This document shows, piece by piece, positions 35,301-48,444 of a stretch of 64,000 bases of DNA. The DNA comes from Amphiscolops sp. MND2022. Taxonomy: Eukaryota. Both the position numbers and the translations under genes were made by a program. Below the pieces are notes generated by a model. That model saw nothing but the letters and a program-made list of their open reading frames with translations, searched no databases and was not told the origin of the DNA. The stretch lies in assembly GCA_964187785.1 (NCBI GenBank), contig OZ076409.1, forward strand, positions 5,954,001 to 6,018,000, in the 5' to 3' direction. Each line of letters starts with the position of its first letter. Within the stretch, counting starts at the first letter, position 1.

Positions 35301-36286
35301 TTCCTTCCTTCCAGTTGATAGACATTGATTGAAACATCATTTGACCGCTCGAAAGTAGGAATACTGGATAAGGGCATTGGCATTCGCGCAGAATTAAATT
35401 TCAGTCGCCTCACATTTTCCTTGTGATTACTAGGATGGCTGGGTCGACCAATGAAAGAGAATATTGCAGCTGCCACGCAGTAAAGAAAACAAAAGTTGTC
35501 CTTTTTGTTCTTGATATTCAGCAAGCTGCGGGAAAGACCTTTAAGAATAATTGGCGTTGCAATGTATGAAGATCCACAGGCCATTTGGCAAGTAGCTGTT
35601 TTGACTTCAACTGAAAGTAGAGAATCTATCACCCAACCAGATCCACAGGATGCGTAAACACTCAAATTGGACATTAATTGGTCTACGTGAACGTGATATT
35701 CTTCATCTGTGATATGATCAGCCAAACGCATGAAATGAGAATTGAAGAAAGCAGTCACTTCATCGTTGGTCAGTGGTTTCACAAGTTTAACAGCAATGCT
35801 AACTCCCACCTTTAAATTGGACGATTGACTGAGTTTCTCATTCACAAAATCCATTATACTCTGTTGATTCGATATCAAATAATTGAATGGATCGATACAC
35901 AAGTCTGTTCGCATAATTTTCAAGCGATGAACTTTGAATCTATCATTAATGGCTTTAGTCGTGAATTCAACAGGGGCTGAGGAAAAGATTCTCTTTTTTT
36001 GATGTTTTATTTCATTCAGGCCGTGATCTTTTCTCTCATGAAAGTGCAAAGATTTCTCATGCGCAAAATATGTGGAACAAAAGAAAAACCTGTGAGCCGA
36101 TGGAGACTGATGTTGATTTCTAAGATGCTTCAATAAATTGTGGCTTCGGTTGAATTGACTGCGACATTCTCCGCATTCGAATGAGGTAGAGTTCTCCACC
36201 AAGTTTTGGTTATGTTTCGTTTTGAGATGGTTATTCAAAAACCGTCGAGAAGTGAAGACTTTTCCGCATGTATCACACAGATGCAT
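32395..36286 (-). CDS. polB: Protein-primed family B DNA polymerase with N-terminal C2H2 zinc fingers; one 82-nt intron (34770-34851); ~1269 aa
   Basis: Exonuclease YADLE, HNLSRYDAH, YLKSDV; polymerase FDVTSLY, KLMSNACFGK, YKDTDS; endonuclease VII-like CCLC..HHCHLTG..AHSKCN; GTAAGT..TTCTGAC..TTTAG intron joins the two ORFs in frame. Confidence 0.95.
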
Positions 36287-36774
36287 GATCTTTCATTCGA
36301 AAGAATACCTGAAAGAGAAGGCTTTCTTCATTGGTTTTTGCATTGACATTTTTGTGCTTTCATTGATTCAATCTAGTTTACTTCAATTTTAGAAAATGTT
36401 TCTATCAAAAGTAATCATTTCAATTTTTGTTGCATTTTTGCAAAACTTTTCAATCGAAAACGAGTCATTGTAATTCGATTCAGGAAAGCCTCCTCTTCGG
36501 AAATTCGATCATTTTAAAACCTTGTTTTCAGTGAACAGTCAATTTGTTTTTATTTCGAAGAAAAGTTCGGAATAATAAATGGTTCGTTTAAAACTGGTGC
36601 TTCAGGTTGAAGCAATTTCCATTCGAAAGTTTTGATAAAGTTCGGTTCAGAAGATTCAGTTTCAATAAAGCGTGATTTCATTTGAGTTTCAAATACATCT
36701 TATCAATGGAAATAGACAACCGGTGTCACTTTTGTTAGATTTGGGTTCAATTTCAGAACCATGATAGAATTCAT

Positions 36775-36960
36775 TAATATCGATACTTTGTGTGTGCCAA
36801 ATGTCAACCAACTGTCAATGTTAAACTTGTTTAGTCCATTGTGTATTCAGTTGCCATATGACTGTCACTCTCAGCTGATAATTCTAGCTACCAACTTTTC
36901 ATGTTAGCAAAAGTTGCAAAGGATTCAAAATCTACCTAAACCCCCCCTTTACTCACTACT
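36775..36960 (-). repeat. Polinton right TIR
   Basis: Inverted copy of 22908-23097. Confidence 0.95.
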
Positions 36961-37490
36961 AACAAGGACCTTTTTTTTTCAGAATCAAAGTTTTGGTATT
37001 CATCCATATGATGACGAATTGGATGACGTTGCAGTTGATTTTTCTGTTCCAGACGTTTCAGAGCCAGATGAAATGACAGATGATGACTCTGATTTTAGTC
37101 ACTCAGAATCGAAAATTGAATATTACCTCGAAAATTGATTCAGTTTACATTTTGAAACTTTTATTTTCTTTCATTTTCTCGATTTAGGGGGGGGCTTGTA
37201 TGACGAACACACCGTAAATCAACAATTTCCCTCTCAAAACTGGGAAACTGGTTTTGATGGGGCTTATACCGAGGGGGCTTATACGCCGGAATATACGGTA
37301 CTTTCGCAACAGAACTTTTCGTGGAAATTTCGCCCCTAAACAAGAATCTGTTTTGGGGTATCAGAGGAAAAGGAAAAGTCTGTTTGCAAAGTAAGAACAA
37401 AGGGTCCTCGTTTGAAAGTTTTTTTCGCGACTTTGCAACTTTTTTCCAAATTTCTCAAACGGAAGAATCTCCAAACTCCCTTATAGCGAA

Positions 37491-38043
37491 ACAAGCCGAG
37501 AACGGCCAAAGTCGGCGCTATATCTAAGGCTCAAAATTGTAAAAGGGGGGACTCTTTGGGCTTTGTGAAACTCCAGCTGGTTGCAAAATATGAAAAAAAT
37601 TGAAGGGGGGACCCTTTAAGGACTGAAAAAAATTGCCCAAAAAAATTTTAAAATGTGATTTTTGAACAGTGTCACAGTGCCGAAAAATGTAAAAGGGGGG
37701 ACCCTTTGGAATTTTCTGACATCCATTGTGTTTTAAAATATCGAAACAAATAAAGGGGGGACCCTTTGGTGCAATCCAAAAAGTTTCAAAAAAAGTCGCA
37801 TAGTGCCGAAAAAAAGTGAGGGGGGGGAGGCTTAGGGGAGATCGTTAGTGTGTTGTCGAGGTTTTGTTTGTTTTGTTTTCTTTTTCGTTTTGGACGCGCT
37901 TCTTAGGTTCGCCAAGTTGTTGAAGAAATGAACTGAACAAAGAACAAAAAGAAAAGACAGAAAGAAAAGTGGCACTTTCGTGTCTAAAAAAAAAACTACC
38001 CACTGTAATAGTCGGGCACATTTTCTACTAAAATGCGCCGACT
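37491..38043 (-). mobile_element. HINE-like repeat copy with internal tandem GGGGGACCCTTT units
   Basis: AGTCGGCGCT subTIR, terminal AGTCGGGCA..TGCGCCGACT hairpin, A-run flanks. Confidence 0.7.
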
Positions 38044-38617
38044 AAAAAAACGTTTTGCAAGATTAAAGGATTCCCTTAGGGTTTTTCAGCACTTTGTGAC
38101 TTATCGAGACTTTTCCGGAAAACTTTTTGAAATTTTTGCCCACACATTTCAAATTTGTGAGGAAAAAGCGTTTTTCGGGTCTCCAGGGCGAATTCTTTGC
38201 CAGTATTTTTGTACCGACAGGTTGATGAGTTTTCTCAAATATTGCTCTCGAGCATAAAGAAACGACTGTCAAGTTTTTTTACATTGTGCGACGTTCTCCC
38301 AAACTTTCCCAATTCAATGGAGGTTCGCGCATTGTGTTTTGATGTTTCATGATGTTTTCGAACGCGTTTTCTCAGCTTTCGGGCACCGTTCAATTTCTAT
38401 GGGAATGAAAAAATATACGCTTACAAAACATACATATGTTTTGATACTTTCAGCTGGGAAGAGTAATTTTGAATCAAATTAAGACGATTCCAGAGTCGTG
38501 TCTCGCCAAATAGTTTCACCACCGAGTGAGTTCTGAATAAACCCGTGTCGAGCTTCTCTATCTCTCAAATTAAACTATGATACACTCTTTAGGATAAATC
38601 TTACTTCTGGATCTGAG

Positions 38618-41600
38618 TGTTCCCTCTACGTCTGCCGGTTCTGTGAGAAACTATATTCATAAAAGACCAGTTGATTTCGAAATAATTTGGTCGAAATACA
38701 ATGCTACGGCTGTATGAGTTTCAATCAATGACGGAATACGAATAGGCGTGTGAGCCTGTAACGGTTTAGTGAGCACAAAATGGCAGCTTCAATATAATGA
38801 GAGCATGAACTTTATTTTCCCATTTAATTCGACGATGAAGTAATGGAATGCACTCTTTCAGTCACATTGCCCAGATTGCACAAGCATAAACTTGTGCCCG
38901 CACGTACCGTTTCCGATGGTTGAAGTCTATTTCAGAGATAGTATTGTGCGGAAATTCGGTGTTCCGTCGGCCGAGGAGAAAATTGATTGGGTGTCATTGC
39001 ATCTGTGTCACTTGGATCGGAACTAACAGGGATTAGCATTTGCGCGTTCAAGATCGACCAAACATAAGAGGGCCAGCAGAATTTCTTCCGTGAGCCGACG
39101 GTCCCCAATGACGGAGCAGAAGACCTATTTACAACAGCTGAGTAAACGCTCCCCCGACCCTCCGACCTTGAGGGTTAAACTTCCAGGTAACTTTCCTGTG
39201 GACGGGTAGTTAGGGTGCTTGCTCATTCCATTTCCATGTTTTTTGACTACTTTAGTCTCGCTCTCGACGAAATTCGTACCGTTTTCTGAATACACAACGA
39301 ACGGCGTTCCGCGGCGCGCTGAAAATCTGAGTTTTCTCATGACACATGATAAGGTGTCTAGCGACGGAATGACTTCTAGGTGTTCGGCTCGGTTTGACAG
39401 GCACGTCAATTAGAATAGAAACCACGTCTCGTTTCGCTGGGTCAGCGTACTGTCGCAAAACAAAAAGCGGGTCACATCACTCCATTTCCCGAAAATTCCT
39501 GTTCTTGTGAAAGGCAGATTTTGGAACAGAAATTAACCTTTCGGAATGTTTGCCATCATAGGCATTGACGTCTCATCCTTTATACGACGACACACCAGAC
39601 AAGCCCTTTCAGTTTTACGAAGCGTGTTCCTCAATTTGAGAACGACGAAGTGTTGTTGGACTTGAGCCCGCATTAATTCCATATCTGGGTGGTAGTGCGA
39701 TTCATGCCAGTCTTAAAGTAGCAAGTGGAAAAGCTTGTGTCGACCGTCCAGAATTATCGGATGCTTGACATTGTGAGTAAGTTCGCTATGGCGTTTGACA
39801 CAATCGGTAGATCGCGTTAGGCCGCTGGGATAAATGAAAGGTGAATCGACAAAAATACGACTTTTGGGGTACAACCAAGTTCAAGGTACAACGATTCACG
39901 AACACGATTTTGATTCAGCGAGAGAATATTCGGAATAGTCAACAATCCTTCTGTCCGGAGTTCGGAAGTGACTATGTTTCGCAAGGATGCACAGAACGTG
40001 AACCATAATGCGGGTAAAGCGCTTTCTTTGTCAGTGCCCTCTATCAGATCGTTGAGAACAGCGTTGTCGGATTTGAAACGCGAAGCAGTTCAGTCTGATC
40101 GCAACAATTCAAGGTCCAAATGCGAGCTGCTAGACTTGATTGCTTCTGCGAAGAGGCCTCTAGTCACAGCGTTCGCCGAGCTGTCGGAGTAGCAAATATA
40201 CTTCCACTGGTTTATTATTGTAAGTTCCAAAAAATTGCAAACTCTCATAGCATTAAATATGGACTTTTTTGCAGTAAATGGCAACCATCGCAAAATCGTA
40301 TTATTGGACCAAAAAAAGTGTTATGATTCGGGCTGGTAAAAGCTAGGTTAATTTCGCGACACAACCTAGCAGCTTGGAGCGCTGCTTGCAGTTCCAATTT
40401 ACGGACTGCCAACAACTTCATGGGAGCTACACGGGCTTTTCAGATGACAAACGTCAAAATTGGATTCCGGTTGGTTGCTGCACGATGTCTTTATTGTAAG
40501 AAAGCCACAGCATTGAAATCTTCCGGTGAACTGTCTCCAAATACGTGTATTTCAAAATCTACGGGGGATTGTCATTCCGCTTAGTCGGGATATCTCGTCG
40601 AACCATTTAGTAGTTTTTTGGCTATGTCAGTTGAGAGTTTGTCATCCCATTGTTGACCAGAAACGTGCCCAATGTCTTTCAATAGGAGTCTTGTTCTGAC
40701 AGTGAACGGTGCGATGAGCCCAATGGGGTTACATTCAGCAGCAACTAGGCTGAGCAGAGCTCGCTGGGTTAGAGCGAGAAGCGTCTTCATTTATTCTTCG
40801 AGGGCCAACGAGGCTGTAACTTGAATGTTCCCACTTCTGTCCATGAACGCGGGATGAATTGTCCAAACTATCTGAAAATGCTTTGGTTTGTTACGTGTCG
40901 AGTGGTAACTCACTTGCCTTCAGTTCAACTGTAAAGGCCGCAAAATTACTTGCAAACGTGGTGAGTTTGAACCTTTTTTGGCAAGCATATCAACTTATGA
41001 ACAAGCATCTCAGGTCTTTTGATTACTGTAGAGCCATTTCTGGTGTGGGGAGTGAATCTAAGATGTCCATTTAAATTGAGTGTCACGGCACGAGCTGCGT
41101 CGTTAAACGAAACTACATTATCGACGGTGGTTCTCTGTAGCGCAAAATTTGCCAACATAGGGTAGTCCTATGCCCCTAATATGTGTCGCACATAATGGTA
41201 AACTGCAATGTTGCCATGATGTCGCGATTTTGCATCCCGCCAAACAAAGCAGATGGATGGTTGATTTTGTTCCAAAACACCGGCCTGAAAAAACCCTCCA
41301 TACCTTCAATACCAGGAATAACGGCAAACAACTGCACGGGGAAACGGAGTTTGGTATGCATGAAGTTTTGTAGCAGTTCGGGTCCTGAGAAGAGTAAGTT
41401 GTTTAGCGATACTTTCGTAAACGTGGCTGCCTCATTAAGGACGCGTCTCATTTTTGTAGGTTAATAGGGATTCACCACAGGATTAGATTGAAGTATTTCT
41501 ACATGATAGCGTGCACAATCGTGGTATGTTGTATCCGTCAGGAGTTCCAGCTCTCGTTTGTCGGCAGTTGAACGCGGTTCCACCATTTCAAAGGACCAAA

Positions 41601-44600
41601 CGACTCGATGTCCTTACAAGCGCGTTGCTGTGCCGGAACTTCGCTCTGAAGCATGTTGATATCAGACCGGAACTGGTCGGTAGAAGACCTCTCTAGACCC
41701 ATCCTAGAGGTGACTGACTGCGACTGGGGAATATTATAATCGGAATCAAAGTGCTTCTTTAGTCGGATGGCTTCGAAGGCATCCTGTTCTAAAACTCGTT
41801 CCATATTGTTGTTGCTGTATGTTTCTGCACTTAACCGCGCAAGAAGTGGATACATGGATTGCAGAGAAGCGAAATCAATGACGTCAAAGCCAACAATGAT
41901 GGTCTCTTCCAGATAGGGCGACTATATATAAGTATCCCGGAGTCCGTTGACATTGGACAAATACAGCACTGTTTCAGTTTTAAAAACTTTTTGCGAATTG
42001 ACATCGTTGACCGTCAAACAAATGGCCAAGCTTTCGTGTCATCCCAGGTTGACTACACGCCGAATCGCAGAGTGCCCAGGCTGTTTGTGAGTCATAAGTG
42101 CTAGAGAGATTCACTTGGACTATCTGCAGTAGTCCCTTCACATCGAACTTGGACGCAATGGTGACTGAATTAGGAGAGGAAATGCTGTCATGAAAACTGA
42201 GTTGATGGTTCGCCAAAACTGTTGCTCTGGGTTTGTTCACAGGGTTTTGGTCAGCTTGGAAAAAAGCGTCTTGCTCCATGTAATAGAGTTTGTGACTACT
42301 AGTACATCCTTTTTTGTACACTTACGTAAATTCGGGTATTTACTAAATCTATGCGCTTCGTTTCGACATGAAAAGCAGAGAGCGCGTTCAGCGAATAATT
42401 TCGCTCTCCGGATCGGTGCTTTTCCTCTGAAGACTGCACAATGCACTGCTATACTGGATGACATTTGCAAGCGATACAAGGCTTGAACGTTTTGATGGGG
42501 GCACTGGTCTTGACGTACTTTAGGTCTCCGACTGACTCGATATTTGAGGAAAATGTCTTCCAGATTTTGCCTGGGCTCCACTTGGGGCAGGCTTGTCACT
42601 GCTTGACGTTTTTGGGTGCCTTGCATTCTGTTGTGAGTCTTTGACTTTTCTTGAAGCCGAGTGTTAAAAATTGAAAATTCTACAAGATTATACACGATTT
42701 TTGGTCTGTACAAGTTCCGTTTGGCGATGTTTGAAGACCACCCGTACCTCATATCAGGTATAACTTGCTCATTGCTTGTGTCAAAAGTGAAGCTTTGCGG
42801 AGGTCGGATTCATGAAAGAGTGATTGAAACACATTGACGAGGCTGCTGTTTGTGGAAGCGTAGGTAATGACACTTTCGTAGCTTCGCATTTTTAGCCGGG
42901 TAGGTTGCGAGCTTGTCTAAGTAGGCTCTCACAATACCTTTTGACTGGCCGCATATTTTCACAAACGTTTTCAATGCTTCAGCGAACGTAGCGCCGCAGT
43001 ATGCAAAGATCGCATTGGCTATTTTCGCTTTCGCAGTTACCAATGTTTTGAGATATGTTATCTTCACAACTTGACTCATTTGCGACGGAACTACAGCTTA
43101 ACGAAACTGGCCATACCATTCATTCCAGTTCAGTGGGTTTCCGTCACACGTACATAACTTCCACTCTGGAAGATAATCTTTCCTGTTTATTGTGAGCAGT
43201 TCTGCTGGGTCCTTTATTGTCACCTGGGCATTCAACCCTTGCTGGTTTGTTAGCATAATTCGCAGCTGTACGCATGGCCGAAAAAGTGCAAGGTTTGCGT
43301 TCGCTCCCGTTCCAGTGAAATTGTTGATGAGCCAGGTAAGGTAGGATACAGTCGACCCGGGGTTTGGCGGATGTATGTGGTTGCTATCGTAGGTGCAACT
43401 GTTGAGGTTGCTGCAAGTGTAAATAGTTTCTGCGTCAACGATGTTTGATGTGCTATCAAGAAGTTTCAAGACGACAGGTTAAGATACCGTTGACCATTTA
43501 GTTTCAAGGTGGTAGTGTTCCATTGAAAATTGATTGGTTTGTACTCATCGCAATAGGGGCTAAGAGTGGAATTACCAACGCGTTGGGATTTATGCCGACA
43601 GGAGTCACAATTGATTGCTCCTGATGAAAAGTCATTACTATCGAGGTCGGTTGTGCTTCAATGCCAGTTGGTTGGGTCATCATTTTTGTTAGCTGCTACT
43701 CGTAAGTAGTAACAAGTCTATCGACTTTTACGCCCCGTTCTTTTTTTGGGTCGGTTTTATCATTCGCTTTTGCGCTTTCTCGATTTCGATTTGGAATTCG
43801 TAGCTACCCTCGAACTATTTGGTGGCTTACGGTTCCAAAGGCATTGTTGGTCCCAAACAAAGCATTACTTCGAGACCTAATGGGGTGTTTGAGCAAGATG
43901 GGAGAATTCGGTGGGAATGATTGTTCTAGATTATGGACGAATCTAAGGCGTTCAAGTGCTTCACTAATCAGCCAGGAGTAAAACGAGCTCACCAGCTCAA
44001 CCCAAAAAACGTTACAAAGAATAATTGGATGACTGACAGCCGAAAAGTTTTCTCGAAAATGGTGGAGCAATCCGCGGACGAAATGATGTAAAAGAAAAAG
44101 AACGTCTAAAAAATTTATCTCTGAAGGAAAAGTACAAACAAGAAGTCTGAATATGCCTATGTGGGGTGCTCCTCCATAACTAATGAGTGAACCTCAGACA
44201 CATGGGAACACCAGACAGCAATTTGAAAGTAAAGAACCAACTTTTTCGCAAAAACACAGCTGCAGCGTAAAAAGCGTTCAAGAAATTTAATAGCTTGGAA
44301 CGAAAGTGTGTTCAGTGCTCCCTCATAACCAAAGTGAACATCGGATACGTAGGACACAGAAAACAATTCACAAAGAAGCCAGCCTAAGATTGCGCAGAGC
44401 GCAACTTCGGCGTTTGTTGAGTTTTTCGGCCGAAATTTTTCAGCAAGAACGCTCAAGTTTTCATTGTACCTAAACACCAAGAACGGTGATTCAAGTTTAC
44501 GTCGGGCAGCTGGTGCAGTGAGAAGTATTCGCGCTGCAAAATAACATTACATGCTTTCCGTTTTGAATCGAAACGTTAAATGGAAAAACTGTACTCTTCA

Positions 44601-45482
44601 ATGTTCGGAAGGTGTCAGGCACTACCGCAATACACCACAGCTCTTAAACGTTTTTGATAGCGTGAAAGACCATTTTATAGTTTGGAATGGATAGCGGTCC
44701 GTTTCTGTTACTTGAGTGTTTGCTCAAAGAGTTATTCTGCACATCATGCCACATGGTAAAACTTTTCTCACGTTTGCAGTTTTTATCAACAAGAAATGAA
44801 TGGTTAACCTTTTTTTCACGGCGTTCGAGTTACAACTCTACACTTGTACAGTCAAAACCCGCTTGGTGATGCGTTTGCGAGTGTGTTTTGACAAAGTTTC
44901 TGCTGCATGATGGAGCGAGGTAACTCTTAATGTGAACACCATCAACCTTCTTTCGAGCCCGCAAAAGGTATGGCAGGGATTTTTCCCAACTTCAAATACA
45001 TGTGTTCGCTACTACAGATTAGTCCTTGAAATTGTGTTTCAATCGAATTGTTCGAGACAAAGTTTGTTTTCTTTTGGCAACCCCTCGTGTACTTAGCTGA
45101 ACCTGGTTTGTTGTAGCTGCGGCTTGGTCTGTGCACATAAAGAGCTCCGTTGATCTGATGCAACCTCAGAAAATTGCAGTGCGAAGCTGGGTAATGTGAC
45201 GTTGACTGTTGAGGAGCCACTTGAACTTCGAACAAGTTGGGTGGGAAGTAAGTGTTTCGAGGTGGTAGCTGGCTCCCGGATCGCAGCACCAAAATGTTTT
45301 CTGTAAGTCTGGTGGTACTGTGAGATACTATGTTTTTAAAATACCAATTGATTTCGAACTACCTTGGCTGAAATACAATGCTAAGAGTGTATGAGTTTCA
45401 GTCAACAACAGAAAACGGATAGGCGTTTGATCTTGCAACGGTTTAGTGAACACAAAATGGCAGCTTCAATATAATGAGGACA
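38618..45482 (-). mobile_element. Old BEL/Pao LTR retrotransposon
   Basis: Diverged 188-bp TG..CA LTRs (38618-38805, 45295-45482); TGGTGCTGCGATCC PBS-like site; degraded gag (DGNPLNWNEW), PR (ALCDSAC), RT (SLNNLLFSGPELL), Pao RNase H, integrase (HLEVIPSLDT..RRGTP..SENGTNF). Confidence 0.85.
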
Positions 45483-46718
45483 AAAACTCTATCGCTGATT
45501 AGACGATATTTATCAACAGTGCATTCAATTAAATTTCAAAAAACTTAAAATTTCAGAACTGTTAGCTGTCAATCAAAAATGATATGTCAGTTATTTTCAC
45601 TTGTCAAATAAAGTCAGAGGACAAACGTTATGTGATCATGCTTCATGGTTTTTCAAAAAAGTGAACCGGTTCGCCCGAAGCTTTCTTTGGCGGGTTCCAA
45701 AACCCATCTCTAGCTTGAATGTCAAAGTTCGGCCCGCAAAACATTAGTACTTTAAGTAGGGTTACAAACTGTTTGGATTTTTTATTGACAGACAATTGTC
45801 AACAGAAGAAATGAAAAAATCTCCGATCTGTTAACGTTATCCTCAAACTTTTTAGTCACAAGTTTTTTCAAGCTTTTGTTTGATTCCAAGATATTACTTC
45901 ATTAACACCGTTTTCTGACAACAAACGTAAGGCGACAAAATTGCAACAAGCCCAACATGATCAACTTCACCGGTTAGGTCCTACAAAAAAGTAGTGGAAT
46001 ACTAAATTTCAACTGCGCTTATAATATTACAAGTTTGAGCTATTTTTTACATCTATAGGTAGATTTTAAACGAGACTTCTTTTGCGGTTTTTGTTTTCAA
46101 ACGAACGTACGTCCTGTAAGTGTCAGACTTTTCACTGGGGAATTTTTCAACAGTTTACAAAAAATTAATCGGTTGGACTGTTGTTCATGTTTTTTTATCA
46201 CGAAACAAAAACGTGATGGGATCAATTTTACAGATAATATTAAAGACAACCATTTGCATATGTTTTTAGGTCCAAATTTGTTCGCAGCGTTTAGCGTCCG
46301 CTGCTCTTAGTAGCTGGTATTTGTTGGTCTGAATGGATGGCTGAACCCCAATATTATAACGTTTGTAATTCCGAGAAAATTATAAGGCCGCCTTTTTTAC
46401 CACTGTCAACTTCTGAACATTTTTTATCTAACGAAAAGATAACCTGTAGGGATTTTTTCCAATTAGAAATTGATGTTTTTCGAACCCGAAGGCTCCTTGA
46501 TGTTTACGAGAAAATTTACGAGAAAAATTTTCCCAACACTTGGAATTAGAAGAAAGGTTTCAGTTAGTTTTTCGAGTGTCGACGGTGCATTATCCGGGTA
46601 ATTTCTGACATTGCCAGGTTCACAAGAAGTTTCTCGAAAATTGACTTCGAGCATATTTCAAAAACTTTGCTGTTTTAGAGCCTTGGGCGTTGTTTGTTCT
46701 ATTTAGGAATAAACGTTC

Positions 46719-48444
46719 TGTAAGTAGTGTTGTCCATATGATCCCTCAGATCACAAGCGGACCTTGAGTCCTTCTTTGTAAATTTCGTATTTGCGTTCTT
46801 CCATACATTCCCAATTCCGTCCTCATTTGCGGACGTACACGGCTCAACGCCATGTTGACTCAAAGGCAAGTTTTCCACCATGTTTTGTATTTCTGGGATA
46901 AATCTCTCACTTCTGGCAGAACTAATGGCCCTGCTAATCTGTGGTTGCATTAGGCCCATCATGGCTTCCATCTCACGTGACATCCTAGCATTCATTTCTC
47001 CAGACAACATGTTAATTGACTCCACTAGCCTCCTTTCTCTAACAGGCTCATTTCTACTATCGATGTCTCTGATCTCATTCTCTTGAGATGAAGTTTCTCT
47101 GTTAGGAAAGGATTGAAAGTCTTGCTGCCTTTCTGGGACATTAATTAGGCTATCTAGATCTCTCTCTATTGAGTTTGAATTTCCTTCACCTAACTTTACG
47201 TCCATGTTGCCGTAGTCGAACAACATATCTAATTCTCTCGATTTCCTGGCTTTTGCCTTTTGTTTCCTTGTAGAGGGCATTGAAAATGATTATCCAGGAG
47301 TAAATACTTGAATTGTTCCTGTGGACAATATTAACTAGGCTTCACAGTGAATCTTGCACAATATGTATAAGAGCAACTGAACAGTAACCGTATTATAAAG
47401 ACAATTGTCTTTCAGGGTCAAGCTGGGCGTATTTATACCCAAATTACCATGACACTCATAATTCTAAAGGTCATGTTACTAAAAATAACTTACAAGTTAT
47501 AAATAAAACACGTCACTGCTAAAAATAGCATCGTTACGTCACAAAGGTCATTTGAAGGCGGGTAGATCAAAGTGCCTTTTTAGGCCATGTGACGAAGAGG
47601 TAATGATATTCATATGCAGCAAACTATATGCAAACACTTTTACATGTAGATAAAATTCATGTATAACACAACTGATGAGTAGCTGAAAAGGACCTATAGT
47701 TCCTTTTAACAGCGCAAAGCAACATTACATTTGAACATGTTCATGAAGGCCCTATACGGCTATTGCCCGTTAAGGTTCTCTAATTTAATCCCAATCATAA
47801 CACGGAAAGCAACACTACATGTTAGCAATATACATGTCTGGTCATTACATGGGGGGGTTACTTGTGTCTTTCCATCACTAATTAATTGAGACACCAATTT
47901 CATATAATAAGTACACAGCATTTGAATGCTTATTGCGTCAACCGGCCGTGATAGGCTTTATTTACTGTATAGCACAAAGACACTTAGTACAGTGAGTAGG
48001 GACAGCTAAGTCACATAGCCGCTTTCGTCCCATTTGTAATTACTGAATATTATTCAAGTACAGCATCAAAGCACAGTAAGGCCGGCAAAGGTAATTGGCC
48101 GTATTGGTCCATTCTAAATAGCACTAGCGCAGTTACGTAATAAGTAATAAGATGGCTGTTATAAACTGCACTCTGATTGGTCAATTCACCATGGACGGCT
48201 TAGTTAGCTATACTGGACAGGCAAACATTTGAACACGTTTCCTTTCTGCCTGTCAGTATAGCTTGCTGTCAAATGTATTTTACATAGAGAATAATAAAAC
48301 AATTCACCGATCAACATTACATATTCAAAATAATACTAAATGTTTGAAAGTTTTAGTTTTATAATGGGAGCGTCCCAGGTAGAGCAATTGGCCTCGTATG
48401 GTCAATTGTATAGATGTTGCCATCGCAGGCGGCAGCCTGCGACA
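46719..48444 (-). repeat. 3' LTR of element 2 (includes a copy of the gag 5' end, 46719-47280)
   Basis: Direct repeat of 59944-61669; preceded on the minus strand by a short PPT AGGGGGAG. Confidence 0.95.

Larger units (their letters stand above)
22908..36960. mobile_element. Complete Polinton/Maverick (adintovirus-like endogenous virus), 14,053 bp
   Basis: AGTAGT...ACTACT termini, ~190-bp TIRs, 6-bp TSD AACAAG (22902-22907, 36961-36966), pPolB, integrase, ATPase, protease and two capsid genes. Confidence 0.97.
22809..37300. mobile_element. pogo/Tc2-type MITE interrupted by the Polinton
   Basis: Left CCGTA..TATTCCGGCGTATAAG (22809-22838) is inverted to right CTTATACGCCGGAATATACGG-TA (~37278-37300); internal GGGGCTTATAC repeats. 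Confidence 0.7.

Noticed and set aside
37540..37830. CRISPR-like array from GGGGGACCCTTT repeats
   Set aside because: Spacers are related to each other, context is eukaryotic, no cas genes; these are internal HINE repeats
38613..45487. Target-site duplication of the BEL/Pao element
   Set aside because: Flanks (CTGAG versus AAAAC) do not match; the element is too diverged
46699..47280. 193-aa ORF as a separate gene or second truncated element
   Set aside because: It is the gag 5' end duplicated as part of the 3' LTR; the TSD and LTR ends define one element
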